Below are positions 37,790 to 51,285 of a stretch of 64,000 nucleotides of DNA, in pieces. The position numbers were made by a program, and so were the translations under genes. This stretch comes from Octopus vulgaris (taxonomy: Eukaryota). The notes beneath the pieces are model-generated. The model saw only the letters and a program-made list of their open reading frames with translations. It was not told the DNA's origin and did not search any database. Position 1 is the stretch's first letter. Every line of letters begins with the position of its first letter. Location of the stretch: contig OX597821.1 of assembly GCA_951406725.2 (NCBI GenBank), positions 118,110,001-118,174,000 of the forward strand. The letters are read 5' to 3'.

Positions 37790-39454
37790 GTAATTCTTCT
37801 ATTTTTTGGTGACAGAAAATTGCATTGTAAACATTTTTGCTGTAAGAAAATTCACCATAAGTAATTTCAATTTAAATGACCACATAACATTTCTTTAATG
37901 TTTGATCGTTGTCAGAGCAGCCAACTGGCTTCCATGCTGGTGGCACGTAAAAGGGCACCATTCGAGCATGATCGTTACCAACGTCGCCTTACTGGCACCT
38001 GTACTGGTGGCATGTGCAAAAAGATTCAAGCAAGGTCATTGCCAGTACCGCCTGACTGGCCCACGTGCCGGTGGCACGTAAAAAGCACCCACTACACTCT
38101 CGGAGTGGTTGGCATTAGGAAGGGTATCCAGCTGTAGAAACTCTGCCAGATCAAGATTGGAGCTTGGTGCAGCCATCTGGTTCGCCAGCCCTCAGTCAAA
38201 ATCGTCCAACCCATGCTAGCATGGAAAGCGGACGTTAAACGATGATGATGATGATTAGAGACTTATCAATTTAATTTGATAAAACCTTTTGTTGTTCTGG
38301 TGGGTATTATTTTTTTGTGCCGGTGGCACGTAAAAAGCACCAAGCAATCGTGGCCACTGCCAGCCTCCCCTGGCACCTGTGCCGGTGGCACGTAAAAAGC
38401 ACCCACTACACTCACGGAGAGTTTGGCATTAGGAAGGCCATCCAGCTGTAGAAACACTGCCAGATCAGACTGGAGCCTGGTGCAGCCTCCTGGCTTCCCA
38501 GACCCCGGTTGAACCGTCCAACCCGTGCTAGCATGGAAAAGGGACGTTAAACAATGATGATGCTGATGATGTCCATTCAGTGAATTTGTCTCACTGTGAA
38601 TTTTCCTATACAGCCAAAATTTCTTAGGGTGAATTTTTCAAACATGCTATATTTTTACTGGCTTCAGTCAATGAACTGTAACCATGTTCTTGTAGAGCCT
38701 TCTTGGATTTTAATTGATCCAATCAACTTGAAGACATAATTCAATCTGGTACTTCTCTTATCAATCTCTATTTATCAAATGACTGAGATATCTTTTCCCG
38801 TAAAGGAATGCAATACTATGTGTTGGTTCACCAATATTCTTTCGCAGCATCCTCTTTCATTTCCACAAGAAATAACAAAATGCAGGACAGTTTGCTTTCA
38901 TGGCTTCTTCCTGATCTCAGCAGTTTCATTAAACCTTTGCCGAATTTTGCCAGATAATCATTAATACCAGGTTAATGCTTTGTATTTCTGCTTTTGCCAT
39001 TCAAAGAGCGATCTATGGAATACTGATCGCCTTAAAGATATCCACCATCAAAATCAAGCTGGTATACACACATTTATGTATATGTATGGACATATGTGTA
39101 TATACACATACACACACATATATATATGTGTATATACATACATATACATGTATATGGGCATATATATATAATAATAATATGAGGGAATATTATTCCAAAC
39201 TTAAAGGAAAAAATTCAATTTAGAAGACCTAAATCAAATTTCACAAAATATGATATATATATATATAAATTAGAAAAAAAACAACCTTTTATCACTTCAA
39301 CAATGCACATTACTTAATCATTGTTATATTTTTTATCGTATATTTAATCTTTCTATAATATGTAATTTTCTAGACGGTGTAATTTAATTTTTCATTGTTG
39401 AACTGATAAAAGGTGTTTTTTTTCTAATTTATATATATATTATATATATGTATA

Positions 39455-40257
39455 TGAGGTAGTATCAAAAACATCTGAATCAAACATGCTGCATGTTTTT
39501 GCGAAATTTAACTCCCACTTGCTGGGCACTGAGTAGAAAGACTATTGCTTCAAAGTCTGTCAAAATCTCTGTCATCATTCTGTTGATGACCCATCCTTCA
39601 TGTTGAGGATCATCACTGGTGATGTGAGTTGAGTCTACAGATACATCTCGGAGATGAAGCAGTAATGGGAGACCCTTTCATCTCCATAACTGAAGAAGGC
39701 AGAACAGAGCCACAGCTCAATGAAAAGCATGCTCATTGCTTTTTTCTTCGACATCTATGGTATTGTGCATGAAGAATTCGTCCCCAGAGCCAGACCATCA
39801 ATCAGGACTCCTACAGTGATGTTTTGAAGCGTTTGAGGGAGAACATTTAGCAAAAGGAACCAGATCTGTGGAGCACAAAGAATTAGATTCTTTATGACAG
39901 CAATGCACCCTGTCATTGAGTTCTCACCCACGAGTTTAAAAGACAGCATGGTTTTGCTTCTGCACCCGCCCTATTCACCAGATTTGGCCCCTGTGGTCTT
40001 CCATTTCTTCCCCAAGATGAAAATGCAGCTGAAAGGTTGCTGTTTTAACAATGTCTTTGAGATCAAGAGCGAATCGCAGAAGTTCCTCAACTCACAGAAA
40101 AAAACTTCCAAGCTGGATTCCACAAGTGGCAGGAACACTGGAACCCGTGTATTGCTGCACAAGGGGATTATTTCGAAGGAGACGATGTTAAAACTCAGGT
40201 AAATAAGTTATCTTTTATTAAACATGACTAGTCTGAAAACCTTTTGATTCCACCTCA
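39455..40257 (+). mobile_element. Internally deleted, decayed mariner (Tc1/mariner) transposon
   Basis: TA-flanked TIRs TGAGGTAGTATCAAAA / TTTTGATTCCACCTCA. Transposase relics IITGD, MLIAFF.DIYGIVHEEFVP, HPPYSPDLAP. Confidence 0.85.
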
Positions 40258-40317
40258 TATAATAATAAAAAGGAAATGATATTGAAGACAAAAGTAAAGT
40301 AAAAGGAATGCAATACT

Positions 40318-41356
40318 ATGGTAAAATCCAAAGTCTTAATAAGTAGGAAAGCAGACAAACCACAAATCCCTTCAGGTAGATGGCCCTGCTTGATCTGTTT
40401 TAAAAGCATAGGTAGAAACTCCATAAGATGTACTTGGTGTAAACTACGGACATATAGGAGGTGCAGCAATGTCAAAGGAAGGTTTACTGGGAAGATAGTT
40501 TTTGTGTGTGGCAGAGGCACAGGAGCAATAAACACTGAAGGTGTGCAGAAAACAGATTCCATCACATACCAGGGATAAAAAACTAGAAGTAGTTGATAGC
40601 TTCCGTTACCTAGGTGACCAAGTCAGTAGCGGGGATGTAGCTGCTAGAATAAGAATAACCTGGGCAAAGTTCAGACAGCTCCTACCTCTGCTGGTAACAA
40701 AAGACATCTTGCTCAGAGTGAAAGGTAGACTGTATGAAGCCTGTGTGAGAACAGCTATGAAGCTAGCATGCTCTGCTGGATGCGTAATGTCAGCGTGCAT
40801 ACATAACAGAGTGTAAGCGCCTTGAGAGATGTATTGGACATAAGAAGCATCAGATGTGGTATGCAAGAGAGACAATTGTGCTGGTATGGTCATGTAGTGC
40901 ATATGGATGAAGACAGCTGTGTGAAGAAGTGTCAATGTCTGAAGTGGAGGAAACCTGTGGAAGAGGTAGATCCAGGAAGACCTAGGATGAGGTGGGGAAG
41001 CATGACCTTCAAACGATGGTCCTCACAGAGGCAATGACAAGCAATTAAGACCTTTGGAAATATGCTGTACTTGAGAAGACCCAGCAAACCAGTGGCATGT
41101 AAAAAGCATCATTCGAGCGTGGTCAATGCCTGTGCCACCTGACTGGCTCCCATGCCAGTTGCCTGTAAAAAACACCTATTACACTCTCAGTGTGGTTGGC
41201 ATTAGGAAGGGCATCCAGCTGTAGAAACCTTGCAAGATCAGACTGGAGACTGGTGCAGCCTCCTAGCTTGCCAGTCCTTGGTCAAACCATCCAACCCATG
41301 CCATCATGGAAAGTGGGTGTTAAACAAAGATGATGATGATGATGATGATGATGATA
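40318..41356 (+). mobile_element. 5'-truncated RTE LINE starting just before the PHD-like finger
   Basis: KSKVLISRKADKPQIPSGRWPCLIC...VCGRG, LEVVDSFRYLG, WYGHVVHMDED; 3' UTR with (GAT)n. Confidence 0.88.
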
Positions 41357-42211
41357 CATATATATATATATATCTTGATTCATCATCATAATCATCGATT
41401 AGTATTCATTTTCCATGCTGGCATGGGTTAGATGATTTGACCGGAACCAGTAAGCAAATGAGCTGTACCAGGTCCCTAACACCAACTACTCCAAGCGTGT
41501 TGTGGGTGTTTTTTACCTGTCACTGGTACCAGTCTCACATATTTAACATAGTGAACAAACTACACCACTTAAGATTCCAGTTCTGTTATTGTTTTAGTTT
41601 CATTTATTTCATGAATACCATTCCGCTTGGGGAATGCTGTTAATTCCATGGGGAACTAAAGGCAGGGAGCTGAAAAAATTTCTACAAAAGCAGAATAAAT
41701 AAAATTCATTTTATGATTTATTGTTGTTTATATTTTGAATTACGTATATACGGGGGCACCAAAATCTTTCAAGTGCTTAAGGCCTTTATGGGTCTTAAAC
41801 AGGCCCTGATATTGTGGTTGTAAAACAAAATACTGTGTCCCTGCCAGCAATTAATAAAATAAAATAATATATAATATAATTAGGCCCATAGCTCCTCTCC
41901 ACCAAGTAACCTGTTCCATTCTAGATCCTTCTTTCATATTTTAGCCCAGTATTTCCTGATATAAGGCTGCCTCCCTTTAAACCATGGCCCTTCTCAGCTG
42001 AAAGGGATCTTGTCCTATGTTATTGATAACATTGATGCCTTATGTTATTGCCTTATGTCAAAGTTCTGCAGAACATATGATCTCATGTCCATTCCTTATA
42101 CTTCTGTGATCCTGGATCAAATTAAAAAACAAAAAACCTTAAACAGCTTTATTTGTGTTTTAACTGCAAATACATGTTTTTGCTTTTTTTTCCCTTTTGT
42201 TTTGTTTGCAG

Positions 42212-42325
42212 CGCATTTCCTTCAGTGGTGGGAATCGAGCTTATATTCGGACAAACCTACCTTCACCTTACGGGATCACAGTTTTTAACGATGATGTCTA
42301 CTGGGTGGACAGAAATCTGAACCAG
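42212..42325 (+). CDS. LRP2: LRP2-like exon H
   Basis: cag| ... |gttggt. [38 protein letters not shown] (megalin-like PYGITVF..WVDRNL). Phase 0 to 0. Confidence 0.92.
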
Positions 42326-43479
42326 GTTGGTTGACATTCAATATTTACAGACAAAATATCTTTTACTTGATTCAGTCGTTGGACTGTGGCCATGCTGGAG
42401 CACTACCTTGAAGAGTTCACTTGAACAAATCAACACTAGCACTTAATTTTTTTAGTCTGGTACCCATTCTATTGGTCTCATTTGCTGAACTGCTAAGTTA
42501 CGGGAGCATAAACAAACCAATGGAACCAACACTGGTTATCAAGCAGGAGTGGTGGTGGGAGGGAACAAACACACCTGTGTCGGTGGCACATAAAAACACC
42601 ATCCGAGCGTGGCCGTCTGCCAGCCTCGTCTGGCACCTGTGTCGGTGGCACATAAAATCACCCACTACACTCTCGGAGTGGTTGGCGTTAGGAAGGGCAT
42701 CCAGCTGTAGAAACACTGCCAGATCTGACTGGCCTGGTGCAGCCTTCGGGCTCCCAGACCCCAGTTGAACCGTCCAACCCATGCTAGCATGGAAAGCGGA
42801 CGTTAAACGATGATGATGATGATGATGATGATGATATATATATACATAGGATATCATGATGGTTTTGACCAACTGTGCAGCACCATTCAGTGTGGAGGTG
42901 TCAAAAGCCCTAAAATAAGTGTTGTTTGGGAACAAACATACCCAAGAAATCACCACATCTTAATTCTAGCAAGGATTAAATATCAACTATTAATTAAACT
43001 ACAACAAGAAACACATTTACCCAATGTACAATAGAATCAGTAAATAAATTCAATAAGTAAATCTATAACCAACTCCCAAATTATAAAACTAAAAAGTGAC
43101 CTTTCCTTTAAGCCATGCAAAAAATATTCCCTCCAGCCTTCCATAGTATAAAAGTGAAAGCTTTATAACCACATTAATTCAATCTAATTCTAGACAGGAT
43201 TAAACGCTGACTTTATAATTAAATTACAACAAGGAAACACATAAACCCCAAGTACACTAATGTCGGTAAATAAAATTAATATTAAACCTACAATAACACC
43301 TAAATTATGTAACTAAATAGCGACCAATCTTTAAGTACATACAAATAATAATCCCACCAGTCTTCCATAGTTACTGATATAAAAGTGAAAGCTTTATATT
43401 CAATTATTTCCAAAACAAAACAAACACAAATGAATTTAATTTAACAAATAATATAATTAATTATGAGTGGAATCCATTA

Positions 43480-44438
43480 TTTTATAATCTAAAAGTTAAT
43501 AATAAAAAAACTACATACTCATTACTATATTTTACCTTTACATGCTTTAATATTAAACTATTACCAGTCACTAATAGAAACACTAAATTTTATCAAATAG
43601 GAACTAATAAAAGTATACCTGTAATTATTATAAAAAAAACCTTGCAATGATTAAAGCTAAATATAAAACTGTTTAAAAGGTAATAAAAATACAATGTATT
43701 GACACTTACATGTTTTTTCAGACCACGAGGTTCAGTCAACTGGAACTCAAAAAACTGTTTTAACTATTGATGACATAATACGTAATTACTTCTTTCTCAG
43801 TTGTCTCAAACAATATTGGTGAAGTAGTAAGCAAATAAAATTAATCTTAAACATTCTAAATACACACACAAACTCTTAATTTTCTTACATTTCTTCAGTC
43901 TATCCAGATATTCCTTAGTTGATCTAATACGCCAAAAATAATTAATTCCTGAACTGTAATAAATTTTATCACAATATTTTTTAAAAATGTGTTCTAACAA
44001 CTTCTCAGGCCTCATTAACCAATATAGATAGCTGTTTATTTGTACAATTACTAGCTCCTGCTATGAATCTACTTTTAAAAGGAACTTTATGTAGTTTATT
44101 AATCCCCAAAAGTTTAGGGATATTTTTATCCCTTTTCTTCCACTTCTAAACTACTCAGTCTTTCTACTGAGGGTATAAGTCTATTAACTTTCCCCTTAAC
44201 GTTTTCTGGTATAACTTTGTATGTGTTATTACCTATAAACTTAAATTCCTTAACCTCTCTTAACTCTTCACCTACAACCATCATGTAATATTTTTTACAA
44301 AATACTACAAAATTCCCTGCTGCTTTATCTGCTGGTACTATCACATACTTTTTATGTCATTCGTTTATATTACTCTTTAACTAGTGGTTTATTCAAAACC
44401 GAATCTTTCCCTATCCACTTCTCATATTTCTTTAAATG

Positions 44439-44440
<2 letters not shown>
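43480..44440 (-). mobile_element. Decayed Penelope-like RT fragment
   Basis: Minus strand reads IVPADKAAGNFVVFCKKYY, KLHKVPFKSRFIAGASNCT, SGINYFWRIRST, with stops and frameshifts. Confidence 0.7.
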
Positions 44441-44483
<43 letters not shown>

Positions 44484-44809
44484 TAAAAAGCACCATTTGA
44501 GCATGGCCATTGCCAGTACTGCCAGACTGGCCCTCATGCTGGTGGCACGTAAAAGCACCCACTACACTCTCAGAGTGGTTGGCGTTAGGAAGGGCATCCA
44601 GCTGTAGAAACTCTGCCAGATCAGACTGGAGCCTGGTGCAGCCATCTGGTTTGCCAGTCCTCAGTCAAATCGTCCAACCCATGCTAGCATGGAAAGCGGA
44701 CGTTAAATGATGATGATGATGATGATATGAGTTGGACTGTTTGATGGGGTCCAACACATCACAGATACCCATATATAAATATGCATACATATGTATACAT
44801 ATGTATGTG

Positions 44810-44840
<31 letters not shown>

Positions 44841-44849
<9 letters not shown>

Positions 44850-45064
44850 GTGAAGGGAAGAAATGGAGCTGAACGAGGATTCTACAAAATTCCTTTTATT
44901 ATTTTCTACACATGTTTCAAAGGCTGTAAATTTCCAAATTCGGATTGAATAAGGAGACCATTTTGCAGCTTTCTCTTTAGGAAAATCCAGGAATTTAAAT
45001 CTCCAAAACAAATGCGCAGCAAAATCCTCGTTCAGCTCCATTTCTTCCCTTCACTGAATATATA
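44841..45064. mobile_element. Fold-back element with about 41-bp perfect inverted arms enclosing a degenerate hammerhead-like fold (minus strand, 44901-44986)
   Basis: Arm TATTCAGTGAAGGGAAGAAATGGAGCTGAACGAGGATT has its reverse complement at 45023-45064. The inner minus strand reads ATTTTC-CTAAAGA-stem II-GAAAC-ATGT-GTA-GAAAAT. Confidence 0.7.
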
Positions 45065-45627
45065 AAACTTCAATTATCCGCGCTAAGGCACGGTTGCGAC
45101 ACCCCATGGTCGTAACCTCAACCGTGTTTTTTCTGTTGTGATTTTTGCTACCCAGGTATCAGTTAAATTTTGAATAATCCGTAACAAGATAATTCATTTA
45201 TCCATTTCAATATATATATATATATATATGATATGATATATGAGTTGGACAGTTTGATGGGGTCCAACACATCACAGGGCTATATTTAGTTTTAATGTCA
45301 GATTTAGCATGGTATCTATGGCTAACTGCCCTTCCTAACACCACCCACTTTAACATATACAAAGGGCATCCACACAGTTTCCTCCCAAATTCACTCACAA
45401 GGCTTCGGTCAGCCTGGGGTTATAAAAGAAGACACTTGCCCAAGGTGCTGTACAGTGTGACTGAACCTGAGATTCCATAGTTGGAAAGTAAACTCCTTAA
45501 CCATATGGCAAAGCTTGTGCATAATGAAGACTCAAAAAAATGTTGGACTTAAATGATTTTCTCATTATTTTTTTTGTTTCAAATTTCTGAAAATAGATTA
45601 TTTCACTATTTTGCTTCATATTTTTAG

Positions 45628-45736
45628 GTCCTTAAAGTGGATAAAAATTCTAAAGTTGGTGCCCCAACTGTCGTCAAGAAAAATGTGAGATATCTTATAG
45701 ACATTGCAATATTTGATAAATCCAACCAACCAGGCG
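45628..45736 (+). CDS. LRP2: LRP2-like exon I
   Basis: tag| ... |gtatgt. VLKVDKNSKVGAPTVVKKNVRYLIDIAIFDKSNQPG. Phase 0 to 1. Confidence 0.9.
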
Positions 45737-46467
45737 GTATGTATGAGATTTCAATATCTAAACAATTGCCATCCTCATCATCATCATCATCATCCTCATC
45801 TTTTGATATTCCTCTTCCATGCTTTCCATGTTGGCATGACTACATTGTGCTCCAATATCTGCTTTAGCAAGGTTTCAGAAACTGGAAGATTTTCTTATAC
45901 CAAGCACTTTATGGAATGTATTGAGTGCATTTCCCTTGCACCAGCGTTGTGAGGTCACTATGCAACTAAGATCACCTTCAAAGAGAGGCAGCTTTGTATT
46001 AGGAAATAAAGGTCTAAAATATGGAAAAAGGCTCCAGAACAGAACAGGTTTCTTGATGGAGAGAAGTTATAAGGAAGTGATGCCCTTCGGTCATGAATGA
46101 CCATGGGGTTGCATTTAGAAAGTTCCCCTCTGAAGCACAGATCTTGGCAAGGTTGTTTATGGAAGACCAGCAGTAGCCCATGCATATCAGCCTCACCTCT
46201 CCCCACCACCAATGTTATCCAAGGGAAAGGCAAAGACTGATACAGCTTGGTGCCAGTGACATCGCAATTCGTTTCTACAGCTGAGTGAACTGGAGTAATG
46301 TGAAATAAAGTGTCCTGCTCAACAACACAACATGCATCCCAGTCTGGGAATTGAACTCACAGTCTCACGATCTAACTACTGAGCCATGCATCTTCAGAGG
46401 AACTACGTGCCTAATTATGTTATATATTATATTATATGATATATTATTTTATTAATTAAAAGTGAAA

Positions 46468-46640
46468 AAGTGTCACACCCTAGCAGTTGAGGGAACCTGT
46501 GGAAGAGGTAGACCCAGAAAGACATGGGATGAGGTGGTGAAGCACAACCTTCAAACATTGGGTCTCACCGAGCAATGACAAGTGACTCATACCTTTGGAA
46601 ATATGCTGTGCTTGAGAAGACCTGACAAGCCAAGTGAGAC
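46468..46640 (+). mobile_element. RTE LINE extreme 3' coding fragment
   Basis: KKCHTLAVEGTCGRGRPRKTWDEVVKHNLQTLGLT, followed by the 3' UTR. Confidence 0.8.
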
Positions 46641-47739
46641 CATAACCCGTGGCCTGTACCAGTGGTGTATAACCAGCTCACTTATGAGTACCCTTCATTC
46701 ATTGGACAATAAACTTTGCTTGCGAAGACCTGTTGAGGCAAGTGAAGTCGAAATCAAAATCACTGACATGGCCGATGACAGTACCAACTGATTGGCACTT
46801 GTGCCAGTGGAACGTTAAAAGCACCATCCAAGTGAATGTTGACAGGGTTGCTGACTGGCTACTGTGCTGGTGGCATGAAAAAAGCACCGGTTAAGTGTAA
46901 TTGTTGCCAGCATCGCCTTACTGGTACATGTGCTGGTGGCATGTGAAATACAGCATTTGAGCATAATTATAGCCAGTGCCACTGGACTGGTTCCTGTGCA
47001 GGTGGCACGTAAAAAACACCTTTTGGGCATGGTCATTGCCAAGTACCACCTGACTGGCCTTCATGCCAGTGGCACGTAAAAGCACCCTTAGAGTGATTAG
47101 TGTTAGGAAGGGCATCCAGCTGTAGAAACTTTGCCAGATCAGATTGGAGCCTGGTGCAGCCTTCTGGCTCGCCAGTCCTCTGTCAAACCATCCAACCTAT
47201 ACCAGCATGGAAAGCGGACGTTAAATGACGATGATTAATATTTTATTAATTGCTAGTAGGGACACAGTATTTTGTTTTACAACCATAATATATCAGGGCC
47301 TGATTAAGAACCATAGAGGTCTTAGGCACTTAAAAGATTCTGGTGTCCCCATATATATGTATCAGGTCATCAGCAAATCGACCCCAGGACTTATTCTTTG
47401 TAAGCCTAGTATTTATTCTATCGGTCTCTTTTGCCGAACCGCTAAGTTACAGGGATGTAAACACACCTGCATCAGTTGTCAAGACACACAGACATACACA
47501 TATACACACACACACACATACAAACACACACACACACACATGACATATATACGATGGGCTTCTTTCAGTTTCTATCTACCAAATCCACTCACAAGGCTTT
47601 GGTCGGCCCAAGGCTATAGCAGAAGACTCTTGCCCAAGGTGCCATGCAGTGGGACTGAACCTGGAACCATGTGGTTAGTAACAAGCTACTTACCACACTG
47701 CCACTCCTACGTGTATAGACAAGTAATTTGAAGAACTGA

Positions 47740-48075
47740 GCAACCTTGATTTGCATTGGAAAGACCTCCAGATCTTGCAAAGCCTGTATTGGAACTAATC
47801 AGTGTACATAAATTTGGATGGAGAATGCCGTGAATACACTAGCATCAGGAGAGGGGTTAGACAAGGATGTTTTATGTCACCAGATCTCTTCAATTACTGT
47901 AGCAGATTGATCATAAGAGAATTGGAGAAAGAAAAAAAGGTCTTGGAGTAGGAGACAGAAAGATCATAAACATAAGACATGCCTGTAATACAGTCTTACT
48001 CGCAGAATCAGAAGAGGAACTTGAGAGACTTCAGGATGTAGTCAGAGAAAGTGAGAGGAAAGTTCATAAATTGCA
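47740..48075 (+). mobile_element. Old RTE/BovB-like RT fragment
   Basis: GVRQGCFMSPDLFN and VLLAESEEELERLQDVVRESERK. Confidence 0.65.
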
Positions 48076-48086
48076 TATACTTCTAA

Positions 48087-48300
48087 GGTGGCAAGCTGGC
48101 AGAAACGTTAGCACACCGGGTGAAATGCTTAGCGGTATTTCGTGTGTTTTTACATTCTGAGTTCAAATTCTGTTGAGGTTGACTTTGCCTTTCATCCTTT
48201 CGGGGTTGATAAATTAGGTACCAGTTGCATATTGGGGTTGATCTACTCAACTGTCCCCTTGCCCCAAAAATGTCAGGCCTAGAGTAGAAAAGAATATTCC
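48087..48300 (+). mobile_element. tRNA-derived SINE, family 2
   Basis: GGCAGAAACGTTAGC...GAGTTCAAATTC (B box)...GACTTTGCCTTTCATCCTTTCGGGG. Copies near 13375-13540(-), 36585-36800, 49712-49930, 58722-58915(-). Confidence 0.75.
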
Positions 48301-49959
48301 AATGCTTCTGCTAACTCACTGTGTTTCTGACGCTTCCAAGCATTAACAGAAGAAAGAACCATAATACAATGGGCTGTGACCCCTACCCCAAAGGGAGGCA
48401 TTGTGTCTATGTTAGAAGCCATTAAACAATATTTCATGAGAAATGGTACTTTCTTGAATAATGTCCTTGTCCTTTCACAGCATTTCTTCCCAGGAAATGA
48501 TTGCGATGAGAATGGTAGTGTTGCTGGTGGTGATATTGATGGTAGTGGAAGTGGAGCTGAAGCTGGTATTGGCAGTGGTGGAGGTGCTGGTGGTGCTGGT
48601 ACAGATGGTGGTGCTTCTGCTGATGCTGGTATTGATGATGATGATGGTGATGTTGTTGTTGTTATTGATGTGGGAAGTGTTTCCTCAGCTTCACTTTCTT
48701 CCAATGTTATTAAACCATTTTTTGCTGATAACATTTGTTGTGAATTTCCTTTTCATATTTGCTTTGCAAGATTTTTGATGCAAATTTGTGTGCGGAAACC
48801 TATTTTGTTTTATCTCAGACAGGATCATTATGCCAATGATAAATACACAGCTCAAGTGAGACCATAACCTTGTGGCCTATGCCAGGGGTGTAACCAGCCC
48901 ACTTATGCGTACCTTTCCTTCACTGGACACTAAACTCTGCTTGCAAAGACCTGTTGAGGCAAGTGAAATCGAAATCAAATTCGATGACTGACATCTGTGC
49001 TAGTGACATGTAAAAAGCACCATTTGAGCGTGATTGTTACCTGCATTACCTTACTGGCACTTGTGCTGGTGGCACATGAAAAAACATTCGAGTGAGGTCG
49101 TTGCCAGTGCCGCTGGACTGGCACCTGTGCAAGTGGCACATAAAAAGCACCATTTGAGAATGGCTGTTGCCAGTACTGCCTGACTGGCCCTCATGCCAGT
49201 GGCACGTAAAAGCACCCACTACACTCTCGGAGTGGTTGGTGTTAGGAAGGGCATCCAGCTATAGAAACTCTGCCAGATCAGATTGGAGCCTAGTGCAGCC
49301 ATCTGGCTCACCAGTCCCCAGTCAAACTGTCCAACCCACGCCAGCATGGAAAGTGGACGTTAAATGATGATGATAATGATGATGGTTCTGTCTCACTTCT
49401 TGATTGTGTATTTGTCAAATGGCTAACTATTTAACCAATTAAGCAATTGGTTGTTTGATTAATCATTAAACCAATCAGGTTTGTCAAAATGTTTTTGTTG
49501 CCATTCATCATCTCATCAATGACATTTCCTGTCCACTTTAGGTCTGAAGCTGACCTGAAGTAGATTAGTTAATTGGTTAAATACTTAACCAATTGACTAA
49601 TAACAATAAAAGAAGTAAAACAGAGCCAATGTGTGTGTGCTTATTACTGGTATGATGACCCACCCAAGATTTGTTTTTAATATTTATTACATAGCTGTGT
49701 AAGCTTTTTAAGGTGGTCACCAGGCAGAATTGTTAGCATGCCAGGCAAAATGCTGCTCAGCATTTTGAAGGTCTTCATGTTCTGAGTTCAAATTCCACTG
49801 AGGTCGACTTTGCATTTCATCCTTTCAGGGTCAACAAATCAAGTACCGGTTTAACACTGGGGCTGATGTAATATTCCAGCCCCTCCCCTCCAAAATTGCT
49901 CACCTTGTGCCAAAATGTGAAACCAACATTCAAATACACAACTGTGTTACATTTTTCAG

Positions 49960-50088
49960 ATCCCAGTAATCCTTGCGCTGTCAACAATGGTGGGTGTGAC
50001 CAGTTATGCTTTGCTATTGCTGGAAGCCCTCAGCCTGCGTGCAAATGTGTTGAAGGAGACCTCGATTCTGATGGAAAGAAATGCAAAC
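49960..50088 (+). CDS. LRP2: LRP2-like exon J (EGF-like)
   Basis: cag| ... |gtaaga. PSNPCAVNNGGCDQLCFAIAGSPQPACKCVEGDLDSDGKKCK. Phase 1 to 1. Confidence 0.94.
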
Positions 50089-50787
50089 GTAAGATACATT
50101 TTAGGTTTTTCTGCAAGCAGTTCCTTTCCCTACAAGATTCCTTTTTTACTTAACTCATGGTACAGATGCGAATACACAGCTGTGACAGCTTATCGAGTGG
50201 ATCTCAGCCAACAAAATAGTCTCTATAGGATCAAACTGCTAGAAATAGCAGCCAAATCCCCCTCATGGTTGTCACAACTTACTTTCTTCTTTTCTAATTT
50301 ATATGAGGCTGAGTGACTCTGAGCCCCCCCAAAAGTGCCTCTATAGGGTCAAACTGCTAGAAATAGCAGCCAAATCTCCCTCATGGTCATAACAACCTAC
50401 TCTGCTCCTTACTTTTTCTAAATGTGTCTAACCCAACAAAGCAGCCCTTTATAGAGTCAAACTACTAGAAATAACAGCCAGATCTCCTTCAAATCATACT
50501 CTACCATCTTAAGACATGACATGTTGGATAATGTAATCCTCCAAGTAGTTTAGACACAGATTTATCTCCTCTTCAGAGTAATAGTGGTGGTGGTGGTGGT
50601 TCTTCTGTCTTGAAGTGAAGGGCTCTTCAGGTCAGTTATTCTGTTTCAATGGTGTATAAGTGACCAATATCACAACATTGCCACTGAACGGTACACCAGC
50701 CCCTCGTAGGGCTACACTCTTACAGCTGAGTGAAGTAATGAAATGCTTAATTCAAGAACCCAATGCACCACAACCTAACCTCTAGGC

Positions 50788-51180
50788 CAAAGGTTCTCAA
50801 CCCATTTTAGCCAAAGGCCCCCTTTTGACTCTTGGAGTCACAAATGCCCTCCCCACCAGAAAATATTTTCATTTTTCAATATACTACTTACTTTGATATC
50901 AGCAGATAATGATTAAAAAATAAAGGACGTAGTTTTACATTTGCGCTTGCATGCAGTTGGGAGTACAGATGTACAAACTGAAATGCAAAGAATCCAAAAC
51001 AAGGAACTGAAAGTTTGGTAATTGTGCTTATTTCCATCATGTGACACTTATGAGATCGACATGTTATCTATTGAAAGAGAGCTCTTTGGTACAAGAGAAC
51101 CCCTTTGCTCCAAAACGTCCACCTCAAGCTCCAAATGGCACCCCCTGAGGGGCTATATGGCCCCCTGTTGAGAACCTTTG
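50788..51180. mobile_element. hAT/Charlie-like MITE
   Basis: Perfect 14-bp TIR CAAAGGTTCTCAAC / GTTGAGAACCTTTG; 8-bp TSD CTCTAGGC/CTCTAGAC. Confidence 0.88.
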
Positions 51181-51285
51181 CTCTAGACCATGTACCTTCA
51201 CTTTTTCAGATTAAAGAATAAAATAAATCCATTTTCTTAATACCTGCCTTGTTTCTGCTATGCAATACCCTGCTTTTATTTTCAG

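Noticed and set aside
48279-48867. Gly-rich / Pro-rich ORFs
   Set aside because: Degenerate (GGT/GAT/GCT)n microsatellite; exons I and J join in phase without it.
50205-50500. Three roughly 120-bp direct repeats after exon J
   Set aside because: Local tandem duplication of a common repeat fragment (CTGCTAGAAATAGCAGCCAAAT, with a related copy near 16030); no further structure.
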